This document shows positions 41,349-51,024 of a stretch of 64,000 nucleotides of DNA, piece after piece. Both the position numbers and the translations under genes were made by a program. Origin of the DNA: an uncultured Planctomycetota bacterium (lineage in GTDB: Bacteria > Planctomycetota > Planctomycetia > Isosphaerales > Isosphaeraceae). A model generated the notes under the pieces. The model searched no databases. It was not told the DNA's origin and saw only the letters and a list, made by a program, of their open reading frames with translations. The DNA lies in NCBI GenBank assembly GCA_963737655.1, contig CAVTTN010000002.1:928001-992000 (forward strand), written 5' to 3'. How positions within the stretch are numbered: the first letter of the stretch is position 1; every line of letters begins with the position of its first letter.

Positions 41349-44300
41349 TCAGGGCATCCCGCCGGCCCGGACCTTCGCCAGAAGGCGATCCACATCGGCC
41401 CAGAGCGCCTCGAACCCCTTGCGATCGGCTTCCGGGAGCTTGGCCAGGGCGTCGGGGTCGCGGATCGAAGCGAGGTCGGCGTCTGTCTTCCATTGGTTTA
41501 GCGTCCAAGCGGCGCGTTGCCGGTTCTCCTTGTCCGCCGACAGGGCGAACGCCTCCCACGCCTTCATTTCCTCGCGGAGCCAGCCCAGGGCCCGGCCCCT
41601 CAGGGCGGTTCGAGCCGCCTCGTCGGGCTTCGGATCATCGATCCCCGCCCCCGAGGCCGCCAGCGATGCCGAGCACGCCGCGTTGTAGCGGAGCGGGGTC
41701 TGTCGGTCGTCGCCGAGTTTGGGGTCATGGTCGAGTGCCTCGCCCCAGAATCGCGCCGAGGCGGCGAACCGCTTCGTGTCGTACCCGAGCTGGCCGAGCT
41801 TCAGCCGCTCGGCATCGTCCTTCGGGGCGTCGTTGCCCCGGAGCAGGGCGGGGAGCCGGTCTTCCAGGGCCACCATCGAGGCGCACTCTTCGACCCACTC
41901 GGCCGAGCGATAACGCCAATCGGGCCGGACGGAGCCCAGCTCATCGCCCCGCTTCAACTCCACCAGGGCCTCGCGAATCCGGCCCTGACGGCCCAGGACG
42001 TGCCCGAGGTTGCAGTAGGCCTCGGCGAGCGTCGGGTCGAGTCCGATGGCCTCGCGGTACTCCTTCTCCGCCTCCGACTTACGGCCCGAACCGGACAGGA
42101 GGTTGCCGAGGTTGTAATGTACCAGGGCGTACTTCGGGTCGAGTCCGATGGCCTCGCGGTACTCCTTCTCCGCCTCCGACTTACGGCCCGAACCGGACAG
42201 GAGGTTGCCGAGGTTGTAGTGCGCCTGGGCGAGCGTCGGGTCGAGGCCGATGGCCTGGCGGTACTCCTTCTCCGCCTCCGCCTTGCGGCCCGAACCGAAC
42301 AGGAGGTTGCCGAGGTTGTAGTGCGCCGGGGCGTACTTCGGGTCGAGGCCGATGGCCTGGCGGTACTCCTTCTCCGCCTCCGCCAGGCGGTCCGAACCGG
42401 ACAGGAGGAGGCCAAGGTTGGAATGCGCCAGGGCGTACTTCGGGTCGAGGCCGATGGCCTGGCGGTACTCCGTCTCCGCCTCTGCCCGGCGGTCCGACTT
42501 GTACAGGGCATTACCGAGGTTGGAATGCGCCTCGGCGAGCGCCGGGTCGAGGCCGATGGCCTGGCGGTACTCCTTCTCCGCTTCCGCCAGGCGGCCCGAA
42601 CCGGACAGGAGGTTGCCGAGGTTGGAATGCGCCTCGGCGAGCGTCGGGTCGAGGCCGATGGCCTGGCGGTACTCCTTCTCCGCTTCCGCCAGGCGGCCCG
42701 ACTTGTACAGGGCGTTACCGAGGTTGGAATGCGCCAGGGCGTCCCTCGGGTCGAGTCCGATGGCCTCGCGGTACTCCTTCTCCGCCTCCGCCCGGCGACC
42801 CAAACCGGACAGGAGGTTGCCGAGATTGTAGTGCGTTTTGTCATTCTTCGGGTCGAGGGCGATAGCCTCGCGGTACTCCTTCTCCGCCTCCGCCTGGCGG
42901 CCCGTATCGTCCAGGAGGCTGCCGAGGTTGGTGTGCGCCGGGGCGAGCTTCGGGTCGAGGCCGATGGCCTCGCGAAACTCCTTCTCCGCCTCCGCCAGCC
43001 GGCCCGAACCCGACAGGAGAGCGCCGAGGTTGGAATGTACTGGGGCGAGCTTCGGGTCGAGGGCGACGGCCTCGCGCAACTCCTTCTCCGCCTCCGCCTT
43101 GCGGCCCGAACCGGACAGGAGGAGACCGAGGTTCCAGTGAACGCCGGGGCTCTGCGGTCGCAACGACACCGCCGCCGTCAAGTATCGCGCCCCCTCCTCA
43201 GGCCGCGAGGGCGACGCTTCGTGGAGAGCCATCCCGAGATCCTGATTGAGCCAGAAGTCCCCCGGACGGCGTGCCCGAGCCGCCGAGAGCAAGCCGATCG
43301 CCTCCTCGCGCATCCCCAGAGCGACCAGGGCGTCGGCCATCGCGACGGCCGCGGCCGGCGAGAGGCGACGGGCGGCTTCGTCGGTCGTCAGCCTCGCGAG
43401 CGTCGCCCGGTCTCCCGAGCGGATCGCCCGCCGGATCGGGTTGTTCACCGGGTCGATCCCCTCCACCACCGCGATCAGATCGGCGCGGATCGGCGCGGCC
43501 GTGGTCGAGGCGCTCCAGTCGTCCAGGGCCCCGGCGATCCGCGGGGCCTCGGCCGAGCCGGACAGCCGGGCGACGATCTCCGCCGCCGGACGATCCCCCG
43601 GAGACAGGCTCGCCTCGCGGAACGCCTCGGCGTAGGCGGCGATCTTGGCGTCGCCATCGTAGCCTCCGTTCTTGACGGCGGCGCCGCGGAGGCGGGCCTC
43701 GTCCAGGCGATCGGCCAGGCGGCGGTCGGCCTCGGCCCTTTGGGCGTCGGCCAGGGTCGCGGCGACCCGGGAGGCCAGATCGGCCCGCACCGGTCGGCCG
43801 GTCATGGCCTCGTGGGCGCCCTCGGCGGCCCTCAGGGCCCGGGGCCAGGCGTTGGTGTCCTCGGGACCCGACCGGCGGGCCTCGTCCCTCGCGGATTCGG
43901 CCCGGGCCAGGGCGTCGCCGATGATCCGGTCGGCCTCGGCGAGCTTCGCCTGACGGTCGAGCCGGAAGGCCAGGAACGAGCCCCCGCCGACCGCCCCGGC
44001 CAGGATGACGGCCGCCGCCAGGGCCGCCGTCAGCTTCCGCTTCGCTCGCTCCGCCACGGCCCTCGCGGCGGCTTCGGCCCGGGCGATCTCGGCCTTGCGG
44101 AGGCGGTCCTGGACGCCCGCCAGGTGATCCGCCACCGCCAGGGCCACGCCCGAGGCGTCCCGGGGCCGGTCCTCGGGTTCCCGGGCCAGGCATTTTTTGG
44201 CGAGGGCGACGAGCTCCGGGTCGGCCCCGCAGGCGCCGAGCCGGGCCAGGGCGTCGGAGATGTCGGCGAACTCGGCCTTGCGCATCACCTCGGCCCCGTT

Positions 44301-45170
44301 CCGGCCGGTGTAGGCGGGCGAGCCGGTCAGGACCTCGCAGAGGATCGCGCCGAGGCCGAAGACGTCGGCCCGCTCGTCGGTCCGATCGACCTCGCCCCGG
44401 GCCTGCTCCGGGGCCATGTAGGCGGGCGTCCCCATCTTCGAACCGGCCGAGGTGGCGTCGCTTTCCGAGCCGGTCCGGGCCGTCTCGATCAGGCTCGGGG
44501 CCGCCTCGGTCTCGGCCGGGGCGACGTCCGAGGAATCTCCGCCCCCGAGCACCTTGGCGAGGCCCCAGTCCATCACCTGGACCTCGCCGAAGGCGCCCAC
44601 CATCACGTTCGGCGGCTTCAAATCGCGGTGGATCACCCGCTTCGAGTGGGCGTAGGCGACCGTCTGCGCGATCTGGTGGAAGACCCCCACGAACCGGGGG
44701 AGGTCGTCGGCCGGCGAGGACCGCTCCTTGAGCAGCGCCGAGAGCGTCCGCCCCTTCACCAGCTTCATGGCGAAGAACGGGCGGTCGTCGGGAAACACGC
44801 CGAGGTCGTAGATCGGGACGATCCCGGGGTGCTGCAACTGGCCGCCGATCTGGGCCTCCTCGAAGAAGCGGCGGAGGACCTCGGGATTGTCGCGGAACCG
44901 CTCCAAAAGGACCTTGATGGCCAGCTCGCGATTGAGTTCGGGGTCGCGGCCGCGGAGGACGGCGCCCATGCCGCCCCGGGCGATCTCGTCGAGGATCTCG
45001 TAGCGGCCCGCCGAGGCGGTCGGGCCGGGAGGACCGGCGGCGGCCTCCGGCGAGTCGTCGGGGAGGCGGACGGCGGGGGCGGTCGTCCCGGAGGGGGCGA
45101 CGACGGCCCAGGTGCTCGGCGCCGTCCCGGGGGGCGTGGTCTCGTCCAGGTTGGGCGTGAGGTCGCTCAT
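41349..45170 (-). CDS. Ser/Thr protein kinase with TPR array
   Basis: IARGGMG.V, LAIK, HRDLKP.N, DWGLAK, GTPAYMAPEQARG; TM; TPRs; RYNAAC..SLAA C-terminal module. Confidence 0.93.
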   Translation of the reverse strand: MSDLTPNLDETTPPGTAPSTWAVVAPSGTTAPAVRLPDDSPEAAAGPPGPTASAGRYEILDEIARGGMGAVLRGRDPELNRELAIKVLLERFRDNPEVLRRFFEEAQIGGQLQHPGIVPIYDLGVFPDDRPFFAMKLVKGRTLSALLKERSSPADDLPRFVGVFHQIAQTVAYAHSKRVIHRDLKPPNVMVGAFGEVQVMDWGLAKVLGGGDSSDVAPAETEAAPSLIETARTGSESDATSAGSKMGTPAYMAPEQARGEVDRTDERADVFGLGAILCEVLTGSPAYTGRNGAEVMRKAEFADISDALARLGACGADPELVALAKKCLAREPEDRPRDASGVALAVADHLAGVQDRLRKAEIARAEAAARAVAERAKRKLTAALAAAVILAGAVGGGSFLAFRLDRQAKLAEADRIIGDALARAESARDEARRSGPEDTNAWPRALRAAEGAHEAMTGRPVRADLASRVAATLADAQRAEADRRLADRLDEARLRGAAVKNGGYDGDAKIAAYAEAFREASLSPGDRPAAEIVARLSGSAEAPRIAGALDDWSASTTAAPIRADLIAVVEGIDPVNNPIRRAIRSGDRATLARLTTDEAARRLSPAAAVAMADALVALGMREEAIGLLSAARARRPGDFWLNQDLGMALHEASPSRPEEGARYLTAAVSLRPQSPGVHWNLGLLLSGSGRKAEAEKELREAVALDPKLAPVHSNLGALLSGSGRLAEAEKEFREAIGLDPKLAPAHTNLGSLLDDTGRQAEAEKEYREAIALDPKNDKTHYNLGNLLSGLGRRAEAEKEYREAIGLDPRDALAHSNLGNALYKSGRLAEAEKEYRQAIGLDPTLAEAHSNLGNLLSGSGRLAEAEKEYRQAIGLDPALAEAHSNLGNALYKSDRRAEAETEYRQAIGLDPKYALAHSNLGLLLSGSDRLAEAEKEYRQAIGLDPKYAPAHYNLGNLLFGSGRKAEAEKEYRQAIGLDPTLAQAHYNLGNLLSGSGRKSEAEKEYREAIGLDPKYALVHYNLGNLLSGSGRKSEAEKEYREAIGLDPTLAEAYCNLGHVLGRQGRIREALVELKRGDELGSVRPDWRYRSAEWVEECASMVALEDRLPALLRGNDAPKDDAERLKLGQLGYDTKRFAASARFWGEALDHDPKLGDDRQTPLRYNAACSASLAASGAGIDDPKPDEAARTALRGRALGWLREEMKAWEAFALSADKENRQRAAWTLNQWKTDADLASIRDPDALAKLPEADRKGFEALWADVDRLLAKVRAGGMP
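42021..43142 (-). repeat. 11 tandem near-identical 102-bp (34-aa) TPR units
   Basis: (A/V)H.NLG..L..SGR..EAEKEYR(E/Q)AIGLDP.... x11; 1122 bp = 11 x 102. Confidence 0.93.
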
Positions 45171-45375
45171 CGAAGATCGTTCCCGGGGACCGCGAATCGC
45201 ACCGTCGCGAGGCTCCGCCTCCATGAGATCAGATCCCCCGGGCCGGCGAAAGCGCCGATTGGCGGGCCCAGACGGCCGGACGTGCCTCCCCGGGGGCGAC
45301 TGACCTTGCCAAAAGCCGTTCCTGGCAAGATCATCGAATGGGGATCGGGACGAATCGGGGCCGGAGTCGCCAGAG

Positions 45376-46269
45376 ATGCGTTGGAACGACCGGGTTTATG
45401 GCGACGTGAGCATCGACGACCCCGACATCCTCGCCCTCGTCCGCTGCCCCACGTTCCAGAGGCTCAAGGGCATCCGCCAGGCCGGCCCCTCGGCGTTCGC
45501 CTTCCCGTTCAAGACCGTCACCCGTTTCGAGCACAGCCTGGGCGTCTATTTGCTCCTGACCCGCCTCGGCGCCGACCGCCGCGAGCGGGTCGCGGGGCTT
45601 CTTCATGATATTTCGCATACCGCATTCTCTCATGCGGTCGATTTTTTGTTCTACTCACATGAGCAGGACTATCACGAGAAGCTCAAGCCCGAGTTCCTCG
45701 GCAGGCCGGACGTCGCCTCCGCCCTGGCGAGGATGGGCTATGAGCCTCGCGAATTCTTCGATGACTCGATCTATCCCCTGCTGGAGAGGCCGCTGCCCCT
45801 CCTGTGCGCCGACCGCCTCGATTACTTCTTCCGCGACAGCCTGGCGTGCGGGGTTTCCTCGCCGGAGACCGTGGCGCGAGGGCTGGCGTCGCTGACCGTC
45901 GTGGACGACCTCGTCGCCTTCAACGACGTCGCCGCGGCCCGGGATGCCGTGGCGCGATTCGCCGAGATGAACCGGCAGTTCTGGGCCGGCGACGTCGAGG
46001 CGTTCATCTACAACGAGTTCGCCGACGCCCTCCGAGAAGGCTTCGCCGCCGGGGCCCTTCGCGAGGGCGACCTCCTCCAGGACGACGCCCACGTCCTGTC
46101 CCGCCTCCGCGCCTCGGGCCGCCCCCGGATCGTCGAGGCCCTGCACCACATCGAGCATTACCACCCCGAATATCTTCGAGGTTTCGTCCCCAAGGTGATC
46201 CCCAAGACCCGCTGGCTCGACCCGCCCATCGCCCGTCTCGGCCGCGCCATCCCCCTCTCCGAACTCTGA
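45376..46269 (+). CDS. HD-domain phosphohydrolase
   Basis: FQRLKGIRQ.G, TRFEHSLGV, AGLLHDISHTAFSHAVD, CADRLDY..RD. Confidence 0.9.
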   Translation: MRWNDRVYGDVSIDDPDILALVRCPTFQRLKGIRQAGPSAFAFPFKTVTRFEHSLGVYLLLTRLGADRRERVAGLLHDISHTAFSHAVDFLFYSHEQDYHEKLKPEFLGRPDVASALARMGYEPREFFDDSIYPLLERPLPLLCADRLDYFFRDSLACGVSSPETVARGLASLTVVDDLVAFNDVAAARDAVARFAEMNRQFWAGDVEAFIYNEFADALREGFAAGALREGDLLQDDAHVLSRLRASGRPRIVEALHHIEHYHPEYLRGFVPKVIPKTRWLDPPIARLGRAIPLSEL

Positions 46270-46343
46270 TCCCCGGCCGCATCTTCAAGCCATTTCGAAA
46301 TTTGCATCAAATCGCCAAATCCGGCGTCAGGCGGATTTTTTCA

Positions 46344-46371
46344 TTGACCTCATACTGGTCAAAGGTATACT
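46344..46371 (+). promoter_or_regulatory. sigma70 promoter overlapped by palindrome TTGACC-N7-GGTCAA
   Basis: TTGACC-16-TATACT in an AT-rich intergenic region, upstream of the 46409 ORF. Confidence 0.55.
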
Positions 46372-46408
46372 AAACCCCGGAAGGAATCCTCCGGGGAGGG
46401 CGAGCGTC

Positions 46409-46675
46409 ATGCGAAGCGTGCTCACCAGTCGAATCGACGAGGTCATCGTGATCGGGGGCGGGTCGGCGGTGGTCAGCCTGACCAACGGCCTGTCGTGGAG
46501 GGCGGAGGCCGACGACCCGATCGACTCGCCCGAGGGCGGGGCGACGCTGTACCACGACGGCCTCCGCTTCTTCCTCGAGGCGGAGGGATGGGCCGAGCCG
46601 GTGGAGGTCCAGCTCGTGGCCTGCCGGCGGAAGGTCTGGGAGGAGGCCGCCCGGGCCCTGGCCTCTCGGGCCTGA
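46409..46675 (+). CDS. small hypothetical protein
   Basis: GGAGG RBS, GC3-biased codons, promoter upstream. Confidence 0.6.
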   Translation: MRSVLTSRIDEVIVIGGGSAVVSLTNGLSWRAEADDPIDSPEGGATLYHDGLRFFLEAEGWAEPVEVQLVACRRKVWEEAARALASRA

Positions 46676-46698
46676 AACCCATCCGGGAACCGGGCCGC

Positions 46699-46878
46699 TC
46701 AGGGGGAGGCCTCCTCCAGGGCGAGCAGGCAGCCGTGACACTCGGCGGGGTGGTCCGGCCGATGGCGGGGTTCCGGCCCGGGGTCGGCCCCCGCGAACCT
46801 CGCCCAGAGGGCCAGGGCCGACACGATCAGGGCCAAGGCCCAGAACGGATGCATCAGGAGCTCAGCGGCCCGCTTCAT
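46699..46878 (-). CDS. 59-aa single-TM protein with H..ECHGC motif, absent from the ORF track
   Basis: GAGGAG RBS then MKRAAELLMHPFWALALIVSALALWARFAG...DHPAECHGCLLALEEASP-stop. Confidence 0.5.
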   Translation of the reverse strand: MKRAAELLMHPFWALALIVSALALWARFAGADPGPEPRHRPDHPAECHGCLLALEEASP

Positions 46879-46986
46879 TGGGAACCCTCCTCGAACGTCG
46901 CCCTCCCCTTCACGGTTCCTTCATCGATCTTGCGCGGAACCTTCATCCGCGTCAATCGCGAAGTGCGCGGGTCGATCGGAGGCCGA

Positions 46987-48846
46987 TCAGGGGGGCGTGG
47001 CCCTCCGGGTGACCGGGCCGTAGAGGCGGGCGTGGGCCGGGGCGTTCAGCGGGAGTTTGGCCCGGACCGCCGGGATGCCGTGCACGCCGGACTTGCGATA
47101 GAAGGCGTCCTTGACGGTCCCGTAATCGGCGTAGAAGTCCAGGTGTTTCGTCGGGCTGAACCCGACGGCGAAGATCTCGCCGGTCGGGTCGAAATCGTAG
47201 ACGATCTCGGGCAGGCCCTTCGCCTTCGATTCGTCGATGTCCGCTTCGCTGGCGCCCACCTGGGTGGGATTCTTGTAGGAGCGGCGGGCCGGGTGGCTGT
47301 GGAATCGCGCCACGGTGTACACCGCCCCGCCGAGGAAGGCGCGGATGTCGGCCGCCTCCGGCGAGTCGCCCGGGATCGTGATCGAGACGTCGGACCCTCC
47401 CCCGCCGGATTTCAGAGGGCGGGAGTTCGAGGCGAGCGGCCCGGCCTGGTACTGGCCGGATCGCGAGTCGAACTGGACGGCGAACCCGTTCTCGAACGCC
47501 CGGGAGTGGTCCTTGCCGCTGGCCTGAATCGCCGACTGCGCGGCCGAATTCATCGCCGAGACGATGCTCGGGTCGTTCAGGACGTCCTGGCCTCCGGGGA
47601 ACTGGACCGTCAGGGGCAGGCTCGCCGGGGAGGCCGTGGCGAACGAGGTCCCGCCGACCTCCAGCACGCCGCGGACCTGGAACGTCCCGGCGAGCTTCGG
47701 GGTGATCGGGAACTGGCCGTCGGAGCTGCTGGCGATCGTGGTCCAGTCGGCGTCCTGGGCGCGCTTGACCTGGAGGTCGAACAGCGGGTCGGCCGGGGTG
47801 TAGGACGTGGTCACGGTGTACGAGACCGCCTGATTCAAGGTCACGACGGCGGGGCCTCCGGAGATCGAGACGACGGGCAGGGGGAGGGCCTGGAAGTTGT
47901 TCGCCTCGTCGGCTTCCAGGACGTGGCCCCTCGGGTTGGCGGGGTCCGGTGGGTCGGCCATCGCGAGGAGATAGGCCGCCGAGACCTCCGAGGGGAGGTC
48001 CAGGGAGAACTCGCCGGAGGTGTTGGCGCTCGGGGAGAACACGTCCCCGCCGATCGGGAAATCCGAGTCGTCCAGGGTCGCGTCGGCCGAGGCGTAGAGC
48101 GCCACCGGGAACGTCCCGGGATCGCCGGTGATCGAGTACCGGGCGGAGACGGTGCCGTCGGGGTTCAGGCCGATCCCGGTCAGGGCGATGTCGGTCTCGG
48201 CGACCCGGCCGAAGAAGTCGATCGGGGCGGACTTCCCCTCCGGGACCGTGACCGAGCGGGTGGGATGGAACCCCGAGCCATCGACCGTCCCGAACCCGAG
48301 GACGTCGAGCGTGGCCGCCGCCCCGTCGGCCGTGGTGAAGCTGGCGGAGGAGGGGGACGTGCTATAAAGATAGATCGAATCGGAGCTGGCGTCGGGGTCG
48401 TCGTCGATGTTGTCGGTCGTCGAGACGTCGATCTCGGTCGAGACGTGCCGGGCCTGGCCGCCGATCGTCGCGGCGAGGTCGAGCGTCACCGAATCAATCG
48501 ACGTATCGCTTTGGGTCGTCCCGTTGAAGTAGGTGAGCGTGCCGAGCCGGACGATCGCGCCGGGGGCCGCCGAGGAGGCCTCGGCGCGGAACGAGAATCG
48601 GCTCTGGGCGCCGCCATCGGCGGCTTTTCCCCAGGAGAAGTCGGGCGTGTCCTGGCCGGAGAAGACGGCCGACGAGGGCGAGGGTTCGCGGAAGGCCGAC
48701 GTGACGCCAACGGCCACGGGTCTCGCGGCGAGAAGGCACCTGGGTTCCAGGGCCTCCACCCGGAGCCGGGCTCGCGGGGACCTCCGATCCTTTCTCGGGC
48801 CGGGACGGCGAGAGGCCGGGAATGCGTCTCCTCGCGGGTTCTTCAT
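46987..48846 (-). CDS. LEPR-xLL (planctomycete extracellular) protein: beta-rich domains plus C-terminal JAB/MPN-like domain
   Basis: RLRVEALEPRCLLA; FSWG..LGTLTYFNGT (choice-of-anchor-K-like); YASADATLD...VLEADEANN (CARDB-like); FENG...FHSHP...SEADI. Confidence 0.8.
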   Translation of the reverse strand: MKNPRGDAFPASRRPGPRKDRRSPRARLRVEALEPRCLLAARPVAVGVTSAFREPSPSSAVFSGQDTPDFSWGKAADGGAQSRFSFRAEASSAAPGAIVRLGTLTYFNGTTQSDTSIDSVTLDLAATIGGQARHVSTEIDVSTTDNIDDDPDASSDSIYLYSTSPSSASFTTADGAAATLDVLGFGTVDGSGFHPTRSVTVPEGKSAPIDFFGRVAETDIALTGIGLNPDGTVSARYSITGDPGTFPVALYASADATLDDSDFPIGGDVFSPSANTSGEFSLDLPSEVSAAYLLAMADPPDPANPRGHVLEADEANNFQALPLPVVSISGGPAVVTLNQAVSYTVTTSYTPADPLFDLQVKRAQDADWTTIASSSDGQFPITPKLAGTFQVRGVLEVGGTSFATASPASLPLTVQFPGGQDVLNDPSIVSAMNSAAQSAIQASGKDHSRAFENGFAVQFDSRSGQYQAGPLASNSRPLKSGGGGSDVSITIPGDSPEAADIRAFLGGAVYTVARFHSHPARRSYKNPTQVGASEADIDESKAKGLPEIVYDFDPTGEIFAVGFSPTKHLDFYADYGTVKDAFYRKSGVHGIPAVRAKLPLNAPAHARLYGPVTRRATPP

Positions 48847-49020
48847 CGGCTCGCATCCTCCGGGGGGGGGCCGGGCCGGAGCGACCGGACCCGGCGCGGG
48901 TGGCGCGCACGGCGATCGACGACGCCCCGGGCCCCGGAGTGCCCCGGGACGCCCGGCCGACGAGGACCGATCGTTCCTCTTACGAGGGCCCAGCGGGCCA
49001 TCCCGGAAAATGGTCCGAAT

Positions 49021-50230
49021 TCACCGCGGGGGCGCCGCCCCGGGACCGGACGCGCGGAAGGACTCGGTCATCTCGCGGTCCTCGGTCAGGCCCCGGAGCC
49101 TTCCCGCCTTCTCGATCATGGCATCGGCCGAGTCGCGGAACGGGTCGATCGGGTCGAGGGGCCTGTCGGCGCGGACCCAGCCCCACATCCCGCCTCCGCC
49201 GTCCTTCATGGCGGTCTTGTACGTCCAGACCGTCCAGGAGAGGCCGCGGCGGTCCATCTCGGCGATCAGCTTGCCGAGGGTCTGGGGAGAGCCGTGAGGC
49301 TCTTGCTGGAACTCCCCGGCGAGGAACGGGGCCTCTCGGCTCTTGCTCACCTTCTCGGCCGCCTCGGCGAACCCGAGGCCCCCCTTGACCTGGTCGTCGG
49401 CCGATTTGGCGTCGAACCGGTAATGGTGGCCGCTGAGGACCACGTTCGTCCAGCCGGCGAGCTTCGGGCGAGGGAAGGTTTCGAGGCCCTTGTAGCCGTC
49501 CTCGATGACGACCAGGTGGTTGGGATCGACGGCACGGACGGCCCGGTAGACGCGGTCCTGGACGAGGTAGAGGCTCGCGGGGTCGGGCGTGCCCATCGGC
49601 TCGTTCATGAGGTCATAGGCGGCGACCTCGGGGCGGTCCCTGTATCGGGCCGCGATCCGGGCCCAGACGGCGGCGGTCTCCTGGACGTGGGCGAAGTCCT
49701 TGAACAGGCGATCGACGCCGGCCTCGCCGGTGTGGTGCTCGCCGCTCTGGCGGCCGGGCGTGCCGTGGAGGTCCAGGATCGTGTAAAGGCCCTTCGCCGC
49801 CGCCCGTTCGATGGCGCGATCCAGCGGGGCGAAGCCTTCGGGCTCGTCCAGGAGGTCATAGGTGAACGGCACGCGGACGCAGTTCATCCCGGCCTCTCGG
49901 ATGCGGTCGAAATCCTCGTCGGCGATCCAGGCGTCTCGGATCGCGGCGCAGGACTCGGACGGCCTGTTCCGCCCCGAGCCTCTTCTCGACGACCTTCCAG
50001 AGAGAGGCGTGATCCCTGATCTCGGGGAGGCCCGAGCCCTCCGGCGGTTTGGTGACGAAGGGCATCATCCACATCTCCTCGACGAGCCAGCCGCCGAGGT
50101 TCGCCCCTCGGAGGGGGACCGGCTTGCCCGAGGGGTCGACGATCTTCGTCCCCTCGGCGCGGAGCCAGGGCAGGTCGGCGGCCGGGGCGAGGCCGGGGAG
50201 GCAAACCAGGGCGATCAGGAGGCGAGTCAT
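49021..50230 (-). CDS. GH5 glycoside hydrolase; apparent frameshift near 49950
   Basis: LRGANLGGWLV.E.WM, G.N.VRVPF, ILDLHG.PG.Q, YDLMNEP, H.Y, GEF, W..WTYK. Confidence 0.88.
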
Positions 50231-50269
50231 GAGAGGGGTGCCCGTCCGAGGAGAGGGGAGGGGAGGGGT

Positions 50270-51004
50270 TCAGGGCCGGGCGTTCTTCCGCCGTCCCAGA
50301 TCGGCGACGAACGCGGCATGCTCGGGGGACGCGAGGCCGAGGTTCAGGGCGGCGAGCAGGGCCGCCTTGTCGTTGCGGAGGAAGGCGGACGAGTCGATCC
50401 ACAGGCCGGGGAAGACCGCCGAGCGGAACAGGCCGTCCTCGCCGGGTTCCCGGGCGACGAATCGGCCATCCACGGCTTCGAACCAATGGATCTGGCGAGC
50501 CGAGGCGTCGTGGACGACGTATTCCCGGACACCGGCGCGTTCATAGTCCCGGAACTTGGCGTGGAGGTCGATCGATCGGCTGCTCAGGGCCACCTCGACG
50601 AGCATCTCCGGGGCCCCGTAGGTGTAGTCGTCGTCCCCTTCGCCGTCTCGCGACTGGCCTCCGTAGTCCTCCAGGATCAGGAGGGCGGAGTCGGGCTGAG
50701 GCTCGCTCCTCTCTCCGAGGATCGCCGTCGTGTTGTTCTGCGCCTCGACCCCGGGCGTGGCCGCCGAGTAGACGAAGAGCAGGCCCGAGAAGCGGTTGTC
50801 CGAACGGCCGTGGCGGATCCTCAGGGGGGACATGATGTAGACGATCCCTTCGATCAGCTCGGCCCGGACGTCCGTCGGCATCCGGTGATAGCGTTCGTGG
50901 AAGGTCTTCTGGTCCATGCTCTCGCCGTTTTCGAGCGGCGGGAATCCGTCCTGGGCCCGGTAGACCCAGGCTTCGAGGGTCGTCGGATCGTCGATCGTGG
51001 CCAT
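50270..51004 (-). CDS. Uma2 family PD-(D/E)xK protein
   Basis: AELIEG.VY..SP...H, EPQPD, PE..VEVA.SS...DL..K..DY...GV.EY. Confidence 0.9.
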   Translation of the reverse strand: MATIDDPTTLEAWVYRAQDGFPPLENGESMDQKTFHERYHRMPTDVRAELIEGIVYIMSPLRIRHGRSDNRFSGLLFVYSAATPGVEAQNNTTAILGERSEPQPDSALLILEDYGGQSRDGEGDDDYTYGAPEMLVEVALSSRSIDLHAKFRDYERAGVREYVVHDASARQIHWFEAVDGRFVAREPGEDGLFRSAVFPGLWIDSSAFLRNDKAALLAALNLGLASPEHAAFVADLGRRKNARP

Positions 51005-51024
51005 GATTGCGCCCCCTCGGTGCC

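Noticed and set aside
39692..45170. Error-prone polymerase dedicated to diversifying the adjacent TPR array
   Set aside because: Only proximity supports it; the polymerase has its own promoter and the TPR variation is block-wise, as expected from recombination
41517..45608. Long antisense ORFs (also 3909-6179, 46495-50019, 55127-57949, 61569-63815)
   Set aside because: Shadow frames of real genes in high-GC DNA, with no recognisable motifs
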